Shown here: piece by piece, positions 9,108 through 19,064 of the stretch
Position numbering within the stretch: position 1 is the first letter of the stretch
How the letters are laid out: the number at the start of each line of letters is the position of its first letter
Notes under the pieces: model-generated
Seen by the model: the letters and a program-made list of their open reading frames with translations, nothing else
Databases searched by the model: none
Told to the model about the DNA's origin: nothing
Assembly: GCA_963752505.1 (NCBI GenBank)
Contig: CAVVYM010000003.1
Coordinates: 28,840 to 92,839, forward strand
DNA: 64,000 bases
DNA from: an uncultured Actinomycetes bacterium
Lineage (GTDB): Bacteria; Actinomycetota; Actinomycetes; S36-B12; UBA10799
Direction: 5' to 3'
Made by a program: the position numbers and the translations under genes

Positions 9108-11426
9108 ATGGCCACTGTCGACCCCCACCCCTATCGCAGGGCGACGTCCTGGTTCACCGACCGCAACTGGGTGGAACTGCTCAGCGTCACGCGGCTGCAG
9201 CGCTCCCGGGCCGTGGGACGCGGCGTTCGCGTGGCGCTGATACTGCCGCTGGTGATGGGATCTTTCACCCTCGCGAAACTTCCCCAGGCGGCGTTCCTCA
9301 GCGCTTTCGCCGTGATCCTCCTGCTCGTCATCTCGGATTTTTCCGGGCCGAGGAAGGAACGCGCCGCGTCGATGGCCACCATCGCCACCGCTGGCGCCGC
9401 CACCTTGGTGCTGGGGGCGTTGCTCGCCGGTCACCTTTGGCTGCTGATCCCTGCCGCCCTGCTGCTCGGCGCAGTTGTGGTGCTGGTCGGAGCACTGCGG
9501 GGGTTCCTGTCACAGGGCACCGTGCCGATTCTGCTGCCGTTCTTCGTCGCTGCGACAAGCGGACCCAACGTCCATGATGCCCTGCAGATGCTCGCCGGCT
9601 GGTGCATCGGCTCCGCGGTTGCCATCGTCGCGGCCGTGACTCTCTGGCCCTACTTCCCACGTCGTGCCCTCATCCAATCGGTAACGGCCTCAATGCGGTC
9701 AGAAGCCGACCTCATGGAAGACCTCTGGCAACCCGGTGCCACGCCGGCATCGGTGAGCGACACCTACGACGCGGTCACCGAGCACGTGGATCGGACGTTG
9801 GATTTGTACTCCGGACGCCTGCGAAGGCCTGGCAGTGCGTATCGCCGGGAGCGCTTCCTAGTGCGGTTGGTGGAGGAGACCCGACGATTGCGCATCGCGT
9901 TGCGCATGGCCTACCGGCGATTGCCGCTGACACCTGCGCCGGGCGATCGCGAGGTGATCCAGGTGTCAGCCGACGCGTTGCGCGAGGCCGCCGACCAAGT
10001 CGTTGCAGAGGAGTCGAATCTCTCGGCGTTTGAGCGACTCGATGCAGCCCGGAACGCCCATCGCGCCGCCGTTGGGGAGGCGCTTCGAACCGACCTGGCC
10101 AACGGGGACGCTGCCCGTGCGCAGGAGCAGGCGACCTCCTCGTTTCGACCCCGGGTTGTGAGCTTGTTGGCCGAGACGGCTGTGCGCGATGCCGGCGTGA
10201 TGCACGGCAACCAGCGGGTGCCGCATCTGACATTCCGAGGTCTGCGGTTGCCCACGGTTGTGCAGCAGGTGGAACCGGGGCCGCGGCTACGCGCGGAGCT
10301 CTCTTGGCGTGCTCCGTGGATGCGCAATGCGCTGCGGCTCGGGATTGCCGTGGCGCTGGCACTTTCGGTCGTCGCCTACACCGGCGTCGACCGGGGGTAC
10401 TGGGTGGTGCTGGGCACCATCAGCGTTCTGCGCATGGATTTGCGGGGCACCGGACGCTCGAGTTGGCAGGTGATTCAGGGGCAACTGCTCGGTTTCGCGC
10501 TCGGCCTGGGCCTGATCGAGGTGGTCGACGGTAGGGCCTGGCTCGGCTGGTTGCTGCTCCCGCTGCTGGCTGGCCTCCAGGGCTACATGGCGAACAACGT
10601 CGCCGTGGTGTGGCAGCAGGCGGGCTTCACCGTCCTGCTCGTCGACCTTGTCAGTCTGTCGACGTCGTCGAGGGGCATCGTCTTCCTGCGGTTGGAAGAC
10701 GTCGCGCTGGGCATGACCGTGGCTGTGATCGTGAGTTTGCTGGTCTTCCCGCGGGGCTTGGTGCCGCGCGTGCGTGAATCGCTGATGCTCTCCTCGCAGC
10801 GGACCTCGGAGTTCTTGGTGGCTGCCGTGGGGCTGGTCGCCGCCCGCGCCGACGGCAACCCGAACGCGGTGCCGCCGGACGGCTACGCCGCGCGGAAAGC
10901 CGTGGAGCGCGCGGCCGAAACCATCGACCTCGCTTTGGCCCAAGGCATCTCTCAGGGCGCGCGTACGCTGCTCTGGCAACGCCTGTTGGCCATGATTGAG
11001 TACATCACGTACATGGCCGAGGTGATCTCGACGGTGGGAAAGGTGTACCCCGCCGATCTGCCGGTCGCCAAGGTCGCCCCGAGGCTGCGCGAGTGCGCGG
11101 CGGAGCTACAGCCGCGACTGGTGGCCGACACCGAGCGTGTGCTTGATGCGGCCGACGCCGCGGAGCGCCTCGAAGCCCTGCCGGACTATCCCACCACCGG
11201 TGAGTTCTCACCCGCGGTTGTGAAGACCTTGGAACAAATCGATGCCGCGGTGGCGGTTTGGGCGCGTGATCGTTGCGCGGACATGGCCGAGCCCACGATC
11301 GAGCTCTACTGGACCCTCGGCTGGGTGTCAGAGGTCGACCTCATGATCTCCAACAACGAGGCGCTCCTCAACGTCCTCGCAGCGTTGACGGAGCCAGCCG
11401 CGCCGGCCAGGGCTACTACTTCTTGA
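9108..11426 (+). CDS. FUSC (fusaric-acid-resistance-like) family membrane protein
   Basis: 772 aa with two blocks of multiple TM helices separated by a soluble Arg/Ala-rich region. The architecture and the motif GYWVVLGTISVLR are typical of FUSC/ArAE-like proteins. Confidence 0.65.
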   Translation: MATVDPHPYRRATSWFTDRNWVELLSVTRLQRSRAVGRGVRVALILPLVMGSFTLAKLPQAAFLSAFAVILLLVISDFSGPRKERAASMATIATAGAATLVLGALLAGHLWLLIPAALLLGAVVVLVGALRGFLSQGTVPILLPFFVAATSGPNVHDALQMLAGWCIGSAVAIVAAVTLWPYFPRRALIQSVTASMRSEADLMEDLWQPGATPASVSDTYDAVTEHVDRTLDLYSGRLRRPGSAYRRERFLVRLVEETRRLRIALRMAYRRLPLTPAPGDREVIQVSADALREAADQVVAEESNLSAFERLDAARNAHRAAVGEALRTDLANGDAARAQEQATSSFRPRVVSLLAETAVRDAGVMHGNQRVPHLTFRGLRLPTVVQQVEPGPRLRAELSWRAPWMRNALRLGIAVALALSVVAYTGVDRGYWVVLGTISVLRMDLRGTGRSSWQVIQGQLLGFALGLGLIEVVDGRAWLGWLLLPLLAGLQGYMANNVAVVWQQAGFTVLLVDLVSLSTSSRGIVFLRLEDVALGMTVAVIVSLLVFPRGLVPRVRESLMLSSQRTSEFLVAAVGLVAARADGNPNAVPPDGYAARKAVERAAETIDLALAQGISQGARTLLWQRLLAMIEYITYMAEVISTVGKVYPADLPVAKVAPRLRECAAELQPRLVADTERVLDAADAAERLEALPDYPTTGEFSPAVVKTLEQIDAAVAVWARDRCADMAEPTIELYWTLGWVSEVDLMISNNEALLNVLAALTEPAAPARATTS

Positions 11427-13653
11427 CTGAGTCGAGCAGGAGCGCTGCCACGTCGAGCACCTCGATGCTCTCGGCAGCGGTGCCTTCCTGCTTGCGCTGC
11501 GTGACGCCGTCGTTGAGCATCACGTTGCAGAATGGGCAGCCGACCGCGATCTTCTGCGCGCCGGTGCCGAGGGCCTCGTCGGAACGGTTGACGTTCACCC
11601 GCTCGCCGAGCTTCTCCTCCATCCACATGCGCGCGCCACCTGCCCCGCAGCAGAACGACTTACTGCCCGAGCGTTCCATCTCCACGTAGTTGACACCGGG
11701 CACGCTCTGCACCAACTCGCGCGGCGGCACGTACACCTTGTTGTGCCTGCCGAGGTAGCAGGGGTCGTGGTAGGTGATGGTCTGGTCGACGGCTTCAACC
11801 GGGGTGAGCTTGCCGGCCTTCACCAACTGCGCCAGCAGTTGGGTGTGGTGGACCACTTCGTAGTCACCGCCGATCTGCGGGTACTCACGCCCGATGGTGT
11901 TGAGGCAGTGCGGGCAGGTCACGACGATCTTCTTCGCTTTGACCTCGTTGAGCATCTCGACGTTCTGCATGGCCTGCATCTGGTAGACGAATTCGTTGCC
12001 GGCGCGGCGCACCGGGTCGCCGGTGCAGGTCTCGCCCTCGCCGAGCACCATGAAGTTGACGCCCGCCATGGTGAGCAACTCGGCGACGGACTTGGTCGTT
12101 GCCTTGGCGCGGTCCTCGTAGGCTCCGGCGCAACCAACCCAGAACAGGTACTCGACGTCGTCGGGGATGACGTCCTCGCCGTCCATGCCGAACACCCGGA
12201 CCTCGAAGTCGACCTCCTCGATCCAGGCATTGCGCATCGAGGCGTTCATGCCCCACGGGTTGCCCTTCTGCTCAACATTCTTGAACAGGCCGTTCAGTTC
12301 GGCTGGGAACTCGGATTCGATCATCACCTGGTTGCGGCGCATGTCGATGAAGTGGTCGATGTGCTCGATGTCGACCGGGCACTGCTCAACGCAGGCGCCG
12401 CAGGTGGTGCACGACCAGAGGGCGTCGGTGTCGATGACCGGTCCCTCGTGGCTGCGGTGCCCAGCGGCGTCGTATCCGTCGTCGGCGCGCCTCGGGTCGT
12501 CGTCGCGCGGGCCCACCAGCGGGCGCTGGATCTCATCGGCCACGGCGGTCCCGACGGCTGCCAAGACTTCCTCGTTGCGCTCGCCCATCTCGTCGCGCTT
12601 GCCGTCACCTGCGGTGGCGAGCAGGTACGGCGCCGCGGCGAACAGGTGGTCGCGCAGGTCCATGATCATCAACTTGGGCGACAGTGGCTTCTCGGTGTTC
12701 CACGCTGGACACTGCGATTGGCAGCGGCCGCACTCGGTGCAGGTCGCGAGGTCCAGCATGTCCTTCCAGGTGAAGTCCTCGATGCGGCCGGCGCCGAAGG
12801 TTGCGTCCTCGGCGGGATCCTCGAAGTCGATCTTCTCGCCGTTCGAGGTCATCGGGAGTAGCGGGCCGAGGGCGTTGGGCCGGCGGGAGAAGTACACGTT
12901 GATGGGGGCGGTGAAGATGTGGAGGTGCTTGCTGTGGAGCACGATCAGCAGGAAGACCAGCACCACGCCGAGGTGCAGCCAGATGCCCACAGTTTCGAGC
13001 CACTGCAGGCTCGTCTCGCTCAGTGAGGTGAATAGTCCGCCCACCCAGCTGGAGGCGAAGGCGCCACCCGACTCGTAGAACGGGAAGTACAGCTTGTCCG
13101 CGCCTTCTTCGAAGCTCACGTAGGAGGCGGCCCACTGGGCGCCCCGGTAGAGGAACAGGGTCCACACCACGTTGAAGATCATGAAGAGCACGAGCCAGGC
13201 GGCCCCGGTGTGGGAGCCGAAGAACCGGCTCTTGCGTCCGTCGTTGGCGGGGTTGTGGACCAGCCGGATGATCGCGAAGATCACGATGCCGACGAGCACG
13301 AGGACTGCGAAGAGGTCCTGCAGGAAGCCCAGAATCGCCCACCGACCGACGATGGGGATGGCGAAGGTCGGTACGAAGAGGGCGCCGGTCGCTTCGATCA
13401 GGGCGGTGCCCAGCACCAGGAAGCCCCAGAACGCGAATACGTGCGCGACACCGGGGATGGTCCACTTCAACAGCTTCTTCTGCCCGAGGACCTCGGTGGC
13501 TTCGGCGCCAACGGCCTTGTCGACCTTCTGCGGTCGGTCCACGGCGGGCTGCCCGGTGCGGATCAACCGGTAGAGGACCAATGCGCGACGGGCGGCGAAT
13601 GCCAGCAGCACGATGAAGAGGAGGAGTCCTCCCACCATCCGGATGAGCATCAT
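11416..13653 (-). CDS. membrane-bound (Fe-S)-binding reductase: NarI/DsrM-like membrane domain fused to an HdrD/DsrK/GlpC-like domain
   Basis: The start was reset to the ATG-ATG at 13653 (MMLIRMVGGLLLF...). About 6 TM helices carry conserved His. Two 4Fe-4S motifs follow (CTECGRCQSQCP, CTTCGACVEQCP), then two CCG-type Cys-rich domains (CPHC, DPCYLGRH, FCCGAGG, GCPFCN). It resembles Mtb Rv0338c-type proteins (memory). Confidence 0.8.
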   Translation of the reverse strand: MMLIRMVGGLLLFIVLLAFAARRALVLYRLIRTGQPAVDRPQKVDKAVGAEATEVLGQKKLLKWTIPGVAHVFAFWGFLVLGTALIEATGALFVPTFAIPIVGRWAILGFLQDLFAVLVLVGIVIFAIIRLVHNPANDGRKSRFFGSHTGAAWLVLFMIFNVVWTLFLYRGAQWAASYVSFEEGADKLYFPFYESGGAFASSWVGGLFTSLSETSLQWLETVGIWLHLGVVLVFLLIVLHSKHLHIFTAPINVYFSRRPNALGPLLPMTSNGEKIDFEDPAEDATFGAGRIEDFTWKDMLDLATCTECGRCQSQCPAWNTEKPLSPKLMIMDLRDHLFAAAPYLLATAGDGKRDEMGERNEEVLAAVGTAVADEIQRPLVGPRDDDPRRADDGYDAAGHRSHEGPVIDTDALWSCTTCGACVEQCPVDIEHIDHFIDMRRNQVMIESEFPAELNGLFKNVEQKGNPWGMNASMRNAWIEEVDFEVRVFGMDGEDVIPDDVEYLFWVGCAGAYEDRAKATTKSVAELLTMAGVNFMVLGEGETCTGDPVRRAGNEFVYQMQAMQNVEMLNEVKAKKIVVTCPHCLNTIGREYPQIGGDYEVVHHTQLLAQLVKAGKLTPVEAVDQTITYHDPCYLGRHNKVYVPPRELVQSVPGVNYVEMERSGSKSFCCGAGGARMWMEEKLGERVNVNRSDEALGTGAQKIAVGCPFCNVMLNDGVTQRKQEGTAAESIEVLDVAALLLDSVKK

Positions 13654-13830
13654 GGTGCTCTCGTCCACTTCCGACCTCCCGTAAGTCCAAGGACAATGCG
13701 GCACGGGCAGCGCGAAACTGCCCTGCAGCGATACTACTCGTGAGTAACATCGAGCCTCCGGGAGGGCACGCGTTGGAGTTTGCCCCCGGCGCTGCCGGAG
13801 AGTCTCTGGCCGCACGCCTAAACTCCTCGC

Positions 13831-14754
13831 ATGGCACTGACACACGCACAGATCGACGAGGGCCGTGCGCTGGCCGACCTCGAGGCTGAGGCCATCTGGG
13901 TGATGCGCGAGACTGCCGCGGCATTCGCGCGCCCGGTGCTGCTCTACAGCATCGGAAAGGACTCCACGGTGCTGCTGCACCTGGCTCGGAAGGCCTTCCA
14001 CCCCGGCCCCATTCCCTTCCCCGTGATGCACATCGACACCGGCTGGAAGTTCCGGGAGATGATTGAGTTCCGGGACGCGACGGCGGCTCGGCTCGGGCTC
14101 GACCTGCGCATCGCCACGAATCAGCAGGGGCGCGACGAAGGTGTCACGCCGTTCACCCACGGCACCCAGGAATACACCCGAATCATGAAGACGGTGGCGC
14201 TGCGCGAGGGCCTCGACACCGGCGGTTTCGACGTCGCCATCGGTGGTTCGCGACGTGACGAAGAGAAGTCGCGTGCCAAGGAGCGCATCTTCTCGCTGCG
14301 AGAAGCGGGGCACCGCTGGGAGCCCCGCAAGCAGCGCCCGGAGTTCTGGCACACGGTCAACTCGTCGCTGGTGGCTGGGCAGACCATGCGCGCCTTTCCA
14401 ATCTCGAACTGGACCGAGCTTGATGTCTGGCGCTACGTCGCCGCCGAGGAGCTTGACGTCGTCCCGCTGTACTACTCGGCCCCGCGACCCGTGGTGGAGC
14501 GCGAAGGTGTGCTGGTGATGGTCGACGACGAGCGGCTGCCGTTGGAGCCGGGCGAGGAACCGCAGTTGCGCGAGGTGAGATTCCGCACCCTGGGCTGCTA
14601 TCCGCTGACGGGAGGGGTGACGACACCGGCCTACACGGTGGACGAGTTGATCGCCGAACTACGGGTCAACAACATGTCGGAAAGGGCGGGCCGCCTCATC
14701 GACGGTGAGGGTTCCGGTTCCATGGAGCGCAAGAAGGTTGAGGGGTACTTCTGA
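13831..14754 (+). CDS. cysD: sulfate adenylyltransferase subunit 2
   Basis: 307 aa with a PAPS-reductase-fold motif ([16 protein letters not shown]) and an end-to-end CysD-like sequence. Confidence 0.92.
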   Translation: MALTHAQIDEGRALADLEAEAIWVMRETAAAFARPVLLYSIGKDSTVLLHLARKAFHPGPIPFPVMHIDTGWKFREMIEFRDATAARLGLDLRIATNQQGRDEGVTPFTHGTQEYTRIMKTVALREGLDTGGFDVAIGGSRRDEEKSRAKERIFSLREAGHRWEPRKQRPEFWHTVNSSLVAGQTMRAFPISNWTELDVWRYVAAEELDVVPLYYSAPRPVVEREGVLVMVDDERLPLEPGEEPQLREVRFRTLGCYPLTGGVTTPAYTVDELIAELRVNNMSERAGRLIDGEGSGSMERKKVEGYF

Positions 14755-16610
14755 TGGTTGCCACGGAACTGGACAAGTCGCTGATCCGCGTCGTGACCTG
14801 CGGTTCGGTGGACGACGGCAAGTCCACCCTGCTGGGTCGGATGCTGGCGGAGACCGATTCGCTGCCCACCGACATCGTTGAAGCTGCCCGCTTCACCAGA
14901 CGAACCGGTTCCGCCGTTCCGGTGGGCGAGATCGACTACTCGCTCGTGACCGACGGCTTGGAAGCGGAACGCGATCAAGGCATCACCATCGACGTGGCCT
15001 ACCGGCACCTCTACCTGCCGTCCGGACGCCGGGCGGTGCTCGCGGATGCGCCGGGCCACGAGCAGTACACCCGCAACATGGCAGTTGCTGCCTCCACCGC
15101 CGATGTGGCGATCCTGCTCGCGGATGCCATGCGCGGCACCCGTACCCAGACCCATCGGCATCTTGCGGTGTGCGCCCTCATGGGAGTGCGCCACATCGTG
15201 CTCGCGGTGAACAAGATGGACGGGGTGGAGTGGGACCAGGCCATCTTCGACGCCATCACCGCCGAGGTGCGCGAATCCGCCGCTCGGCATGAGGTGCACG
15301 ACGTGATCTCCGTGCCGGTGAGTGCCCTCACCGGAGTGAACGTGACGAGTCGCGCACCGGAGATCGGCTGGTACGACGGCCCCTGCATGCTGGAGGCGCT
15401 TGACGGCCTGAACATACCGGCGCCGGTGTCGGAGGCCTTCCGCATGCCGGTGCAGGTCATTCTTCGGTCGACGGACTTCCGCGGCTACGGGGGGCTCGTC
15501 GCGGCCGGCACCGTCCGGGTAGGCAGCAAAATCAAAGTTGCCGACTCGGGGCAGACGGCCGTGGTGACCCGATTGGTCGCGATGCACGGCGAAGCATCCA
15601 TGGATCTCGAGTCCGTGCCTGCCGGCAAGAGTGCCGCGATCGAACTCGACCGTGACCTCGACATCACCCGCGGCGACTTGCTCGCCGACGCCGACGCGGC
15701 TCCCGTCCCGGCCGATCGGTTCTCGGCGGACATGGTGTGGTTGGGCGAGGAACCGTTGGCGCACGGTCGGTCCTACACGTTGCGCTGCGGCCCCATCGAT
15801 GCACCGGCCACCGTCACGGCGGTGCGCCACCGACTCGACGTCACCACCGGCTCGGAGTTGGCCGCGCGCACGTTGGGGATGAACGACGTTGGGCGGGTGG
15901 AGTTCGCCACCGGGCGCACAGTGCCGCTGGAAACCTACAAGGAGTGTCACGACACTGGCGGCTTCTTGCTGTGCGACCGCGTGACTGGTGACACGGTGGC
16001 CGCCGGGCTGACCCGATTCGCGCTGCGCCGGTCGGCCAACGTGGTGGAGCACGACTTCACCATCGACCGCGCCGCGCGGGAGGTGTTGAACGGCCACGCG
16101 GGCAAGGTCCTGTGGTTCACCGGGCTATCCGGCTCGGGCAAGTCCACGGTGGCCAACGAGGTGGCGCGCACGTTGCACGGCCTCGGCATCCGAACCTTCA
16201 TCCTCGACGGCGACGCGGTGCGCCACGGGCTGACCAAGGACCTCGGCTTCACCCCGTCGGACCGTGCCGAGAACGTGCGTCGGGTGGCGGAAGTGGCCAA
16301 GTTGATGGTGGACGCCGGCATCGTTGTGCTGGTGTCGCTTGTGTCGCCCTTCCGGGCTGACCGTAGGGCGGCGCGGGCGCTGTTCGACGAGGGGGACTTC
16401 ACCGAGGTGTTCGTGGATACTCCGCTGGAAGTCTGCATCGAACGAGACCCCAAGGGGCTCTACGCCAAGGCCGAGCAGGGGGCTCTGCCCAATATGTCCG
16501 GCGTGGGTCAGGAGTACGAGGCACCCACTCACCCCGACGTGGCTCTCGACGGTCAGCGCACCCCGGCACAGAACGCGGCGGACGTACTGGCTGCGGTCGG
16601 ACTCGCGTAG
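14754..16610 (+). CDS. cysNC: bifunctional sulfate adenylyltransferase subunit 1 / adenylylsulfate (APS) kinase
   Basis: 618 aa with an N-terminal GTPase ([25 protein letters not shown]) and a C-terminal APS kinase P-loop (GLSGSGKST). A TGATG overlap with cysD indicates translational coupling. Confidence 0.92.
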   Translation: MVATELDKSLIRVVTCGSVDDGKSTLLGRMLAETDSLPTDIVEAARFTRRTGSAVPVGEIDYSLVTDGLEAERDQGITIDVAYRHLYLPSGRRAVLADAPGHEQYTRNMAVAASTADVAILLADAMRGTRTQTHRHLAVCALMGVRHIVLAVNKMDGVEWDQAIFDAITAEVRESAARHEVHDVISVPVSALTGVNVTSRAPEIGWYDGPCMLEALDGLNIPAPVSEAFRMPVQVILRSTDFRGYGGLVAAGTVRVGSKIKVADSGQTAVVTRLVAMHGEASMDLESVPAGKSAAIELDRDLDITRGDLLADADAAPVPADRFSADMVWLGEEPLAHGRSYTLRCGPIDAPATVTAVRHRLDVTTGSELAARTLGMNDVGRVEFATGRTVPLETYKECHDTGGFLLCDRVTGDTVAAGLTRFALRRSANVVEHDFTIDRAAREVLNGHAGKVLWFTGLSGSGKSTVANEVARTLHGLGIRTFILDGDAVRHGLTKDLGFTPSDRAENVRRVAEVAKLMVDAGIVVLVSLVSPFRADRRAARALFDEGDFTEVFVDTPLEVCIERDPKGLYAKAEQGALPNMSGVGQEYEAPTHPDVALDGQRTPAQNAADVLAAVGLA

Positions 16611-16617
16611 GAGCACT

Positions 16618-18108
16618 GTGCGGCGTGCCCTCGCACGACTGGCTATCGCGCTGGTCGCTGCATTGGTAGCGGGAGTTCTCGTGGTTCACGCAACCGGTCT
16701 GGCCGGTGGCGAGGTGCGAGGGGCGGGCGACAACGGCGATGGCTCGCGCCTGTACTGCGGGGCGGGTTTGGTGCCCGCGACCCCGAATGGTCAGTCGGCG
16801 TGGCAGGGTGGCGTCGTTCTCGACTACACCGTCGGCCCCGTCTGCCCTGATCCGATCCCTTCGTCCGCCTTGGTGATCTTGCAGGCTGCGGCGGGGAACA
16901 CCCCGGTAGGTGCCGGGTTTTCGCTCACGACTCTCGGGTGGTTCTACGTGGGGGCAGTCACTGCTGCGACGGCCCTTGCTGCCTGGCTCACCACCACGCG
17001 TTCCCGCTGGCGGGTTCTCTACCTCGTTCCGGCCCTGCTCCCGCTGGCCAGCCCGGACTTCTCCCGGTTCTTCATCTCCACCTACGGCGAACCGGCCGGC
17101 CTGCTGGGCACCTACCTACTACTCGCCGGGCTTGCGGCCATCGTCTCGACACATCGAACGAACCGCGCCGCTCGCGCACTCGCACTGCTGCTCGTGGCCG
17201 GGGGAGGACTGGTGGCTATCACTGCGAAGGTTGCCTACGCGCCGGTGTTGCTCGCGGCGGTGGGAATCCTGCTGTTCACACCGCTGACTCTCAGCGAGCG
17301 GGCCAAACCCTGGACCGCGCGGGTGATTGGACCGGTGCTGGCGCTGGCTGTGGTGATTGCCGGGGTGCCGGCTGTGCAATCGGCCGTCGACTGGCAGGCC
17401 CGTAACTACCCCGATGGCAACGTACACAACTTGATCTTCACAGCCGTGCTGCCGGAAATCCCAGGGGCGGCAGAGGAACTGGGGTTGCCAGCGGCTGCAG
17501 AGCAGTTCGCGGGCGTGCCGATTCAGATTTCGTCGCTCGACAAACCGGGCCGGGACGAGATCCTGGCCGATCCCGAGGGTTTTCGCAGCGCTGCCGTTGG
17601 TTTGCTCCTCAGCACCCCGGACGCATTGGTGCGTGGCCTCGGGCTGGCGCTGCAGGCCACGCAGGGCAGTGACCTGTCCTACATCACCGATCAAGCGTGG
17701 CCAGCGCAAGCCTCGGAGCAGCCGCAACCCGCCGACGCGAAGGCCCTGAGCGACGGTCAGCAATCGGCCTCAACGGAATCACTGCGGTACTGGCTGGAAC
17801 AGATGAGGCTGCCGTGGCTGCCGAGCGTGTTAATCGTGCTGGGCCTGCTCGCTCTGGTGGGGGGCCTGATCCGTCGTCGTGGGGCCGCGGCACACTTCGG
17901 GATCATCGCCGGCGTATCGAGCGCGACCGCGCTGGGATTGGCCGCACTAGCGCTGGCGGATGGCTACTTCGAACTCGCCAAACACGTCTGGCTCGCCAGC
18001 TACTTGGTGGAGGTGACCGTGTGGTCGCTCCTCGGCGGCGTGCTTGGGCTGCTGGTGCTCAGCGTGCGCCGCGGGGGCCGGCAGACCCGCGCGGCGCACG
18101 CCGCTTGA
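16618..18108 (+). CDS. polytopic integral membrane protein, unknown function
   Basis: GTG at 16618 is preceded by AGGAG overlapping the cysNC stop. The 496-aa protein has about 10 predicted hydrophobic helices and a central soluble loop. No family was recognised. The 5' extension of the track ORF overlaps cysNC and was rejected. Confidence 0.6.
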   Translation: MRRALARLAIALVAALVAGVLVVHATGLAGGEVRGAGDNGDGSRLYCGAGLVPATPNGQSAWQGGVVLDYTVGPVCPDPIPSSALVILQAAAGNTPVGAGFSLTTLGWFYVGAVTAATALAAWLTTTRSRWRVLYLVPALLPLASPDFSRFFISTYGEPAGLLGTYLLLAGLAAIVSTHRTNRAARALALLLVAGGGLVAITAKVAYAPVLLAAVGILLFTPLTLSERAKPWTARVIGPVLALAVVIAGVPAVQSAVDWQARNYPDGNVHNLIFTAVLPEIPGAAEELGLPAAAEQFAGVPIQISSLDKPGRDEILADPEGFRSAAVGLLLSTPDALVRGLGLALQATQGSDLSYITDQAWPAQASEQPQPADAKALSDGQQSASTESLRYWLEQMRLPWLPSVLIVLGLLALVGGLIRRRGAAAHFGIIAGVSSATALGLAALALADGYFELAKHVWLASYLVEVTVWSLLGGVLGLLVLSVRRGGRQTRAAHAA

Positions 18109-18624
18109 TCAGATGAACAGCATCTGGGCGCCGTCGGTCATTTCGATGAAGTCGGTGGCATTGATGATGCCGTCGATGTCATCGCGCAGATCCGTCTCGT
18201 CGAGGTTGTTCATGTCGGCCGACATCCGGCAGGCCCAGAGATGACCGCCGGAGGCGACGACCTGATCGAGGAAGTCGGGCACGTCGGGGATACCAAGGTC
18301 GGCAATCTGCTTCTTCATCATCTTGGTGGCCACCTGGGTGACGCCGGGAAGCGGCGCGAGTGCCTGCGGCACCTTGGTGTCCCGGCCCGGCAGGTGCATC
18401 GCCGTGTTCCCTACCGGCGAGAACTGCAGGTCGTTCATGCGGGACTTCGTGATCATGTCGAAGCCCCAGAAAGTGAAGAACAAGTGGGTCTCGATGCCCT
18501 CACCCAGGGCTGCGTTGGCAAGCACAAGAGCCGGGTATGCCATGTCGAGGTTGCCCTTCGAGCAGATGAGAACGAATTTGCGGTCGCTCTCGTCGTCGTC
18601 GCCGAAGTCAGGAATGATTGTCAT
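18109..18624 (-). CDS. DsrE/DsrF-like (COG2210-type) sulfur-relay family protein
   Basis: 171 aa reading KFVLICSKGNLDMAYPALVLANAA...THLFFTFWGFDM...GGHLWACRMSADM, typical of the DsrE/F/H-like family with a conserved Cys. The RBS is GAGGGAG. Confidence 0.75.
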   Translation of the reverse strand: MTIIPDFGDDDESDRKFVLICSKGNLDMAYPALVLANAALGEGIETHLFFTFWGFDMITKSRMNDLQFSPVGNTAMHLPGRDTKVPQALAPLPGVTQVATKMMKKQIADLGIPDVPDFLDQVVASGGHLWACRMSADMNNLDETDLRDDIDGIINATDFIEMTDGAQMLFI

Positions 18625-18653
18625 GTAGTGATTCTCCCTCGTGATTCGCGGGC

Positions 18654-18968
18654 TCAGACGCAGCCGTGTGGCTTGGGTAGACCGGCGACATAGGCCATCT
18701 TTCGCGCTGGCTTCTTGGGGAACAGCTGGAACTGCTGCTTGGTGGGGAAGCCGCCGACAGTCTGCACCCGACGGGTGGTGGCGGTTTCACCCTTGTCCTT
18801 GTAGTCCTCGCGCAGCCAGTTGATGAGCTTCCAGTGCTCATCCGTCATGTCGATGCCGATGTTCTTCGCCAATTCGGCCCCGATGTCGTCGTTCCACTCG
18901 TCGTACTCGGTGAGGAATCCTTCGTCATTGATCTGGACCTCGTGGCCCGCGATTGTTGCGGTGGGCAT
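18654..18968 (-). CDS. TusE/DsrC/DsvC family sulfur-relay protein
   Basis: 104 aa reading FL.EYDEWNDDIGAELAKNIGIDMTDEHWKLINWLREDY with a C-terminal GLPKPHGCV. The terminal Cys is present, but the second Cys 11 residues upstream is absent (Ala), so this is TusE-type. Confidence 0.85.
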   Translation of the reverse strand: MPTATIAGHEVQINDEGFLTEYDEWNDDIGAELAKNIGIDMTDEHWKLINWLREDYKDKGETATTRRVQTVGGFPTKQQFQLFPKKPARKMAYVAGLPKPHGCV

Positions 18969-19064
18969 TGGTTGCCTTTCAGTTGTGGGTGGTTGTGGGG
19001 TGTGGACTGTGAACGCAGATCGATTGTGGACTATTGCAGCGGCAGAGTCCGCGTTCGCCAGAAG

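Noticed and set aside
8637-9434. 265-aa minus-strand ORF spanning dcd and the FUSC gene start; also 51369..52277 and 37872..38383 alternative-frame ORFs
   Set aside because: They overlap genes with clear homology on the other strand or frame and have biased Arg/Gly/Pro composition typical of off-frame GC-rich translation.
13705-13746. Possible riboswitch or leader upstream of cysD (GGGCAG-N7-CTGCCC hairpin and TACTC-GT-GAGTA palindrome)
   Set aside because: The elements are too short and simple to match any riboswitch class I know. They are more likely protein operators or chance. They are mentioned only within the Fe-S reductase finding.
13654-14352. 5' extension of the 978-aa track ORF (it would overlap cysD by about 520 nt)
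   Set aside because: The extension translates to Arg/His-rich sequence unlike the rest of the protein. The recognisable protein starts with the hydrophobic MMLIRMVGG at 13653, and cysD occupies the other strand.
14631-16097. 488-aa ORF antisense to cysNC; also 11743..12861 (+) antisense to the Fe-S reductase and 61614..62534 (+) antisense to the long hydrolase
   Set aside because: The opposite-strand genes carry clear family motifs (GTPase/APS kinase, 4Fe-4S/CCG, GxSxG). The antisense products are compositionally biased with no motifs.
16324-16617. 5' extensions of track ORFs 16324..18108, 43367..45217, 48477..49592, 60491..61687, 24124..26115 and 6338..6886
   Set aside because: Each extension lies inside the preceding well-supported gene in another frame. 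Internal starts with an RBS or stop-start overlaps (ATGA/TGATG/GTGA) give products of normal family length.
18106-18111. TGATCA palindrome at the junction of two convergent genes as a regulatory or restriction site
   Set aside because: It is simply TGA (plus-strand stop) followed by TCA (minus-strand stop). It is best explained by gene packing.
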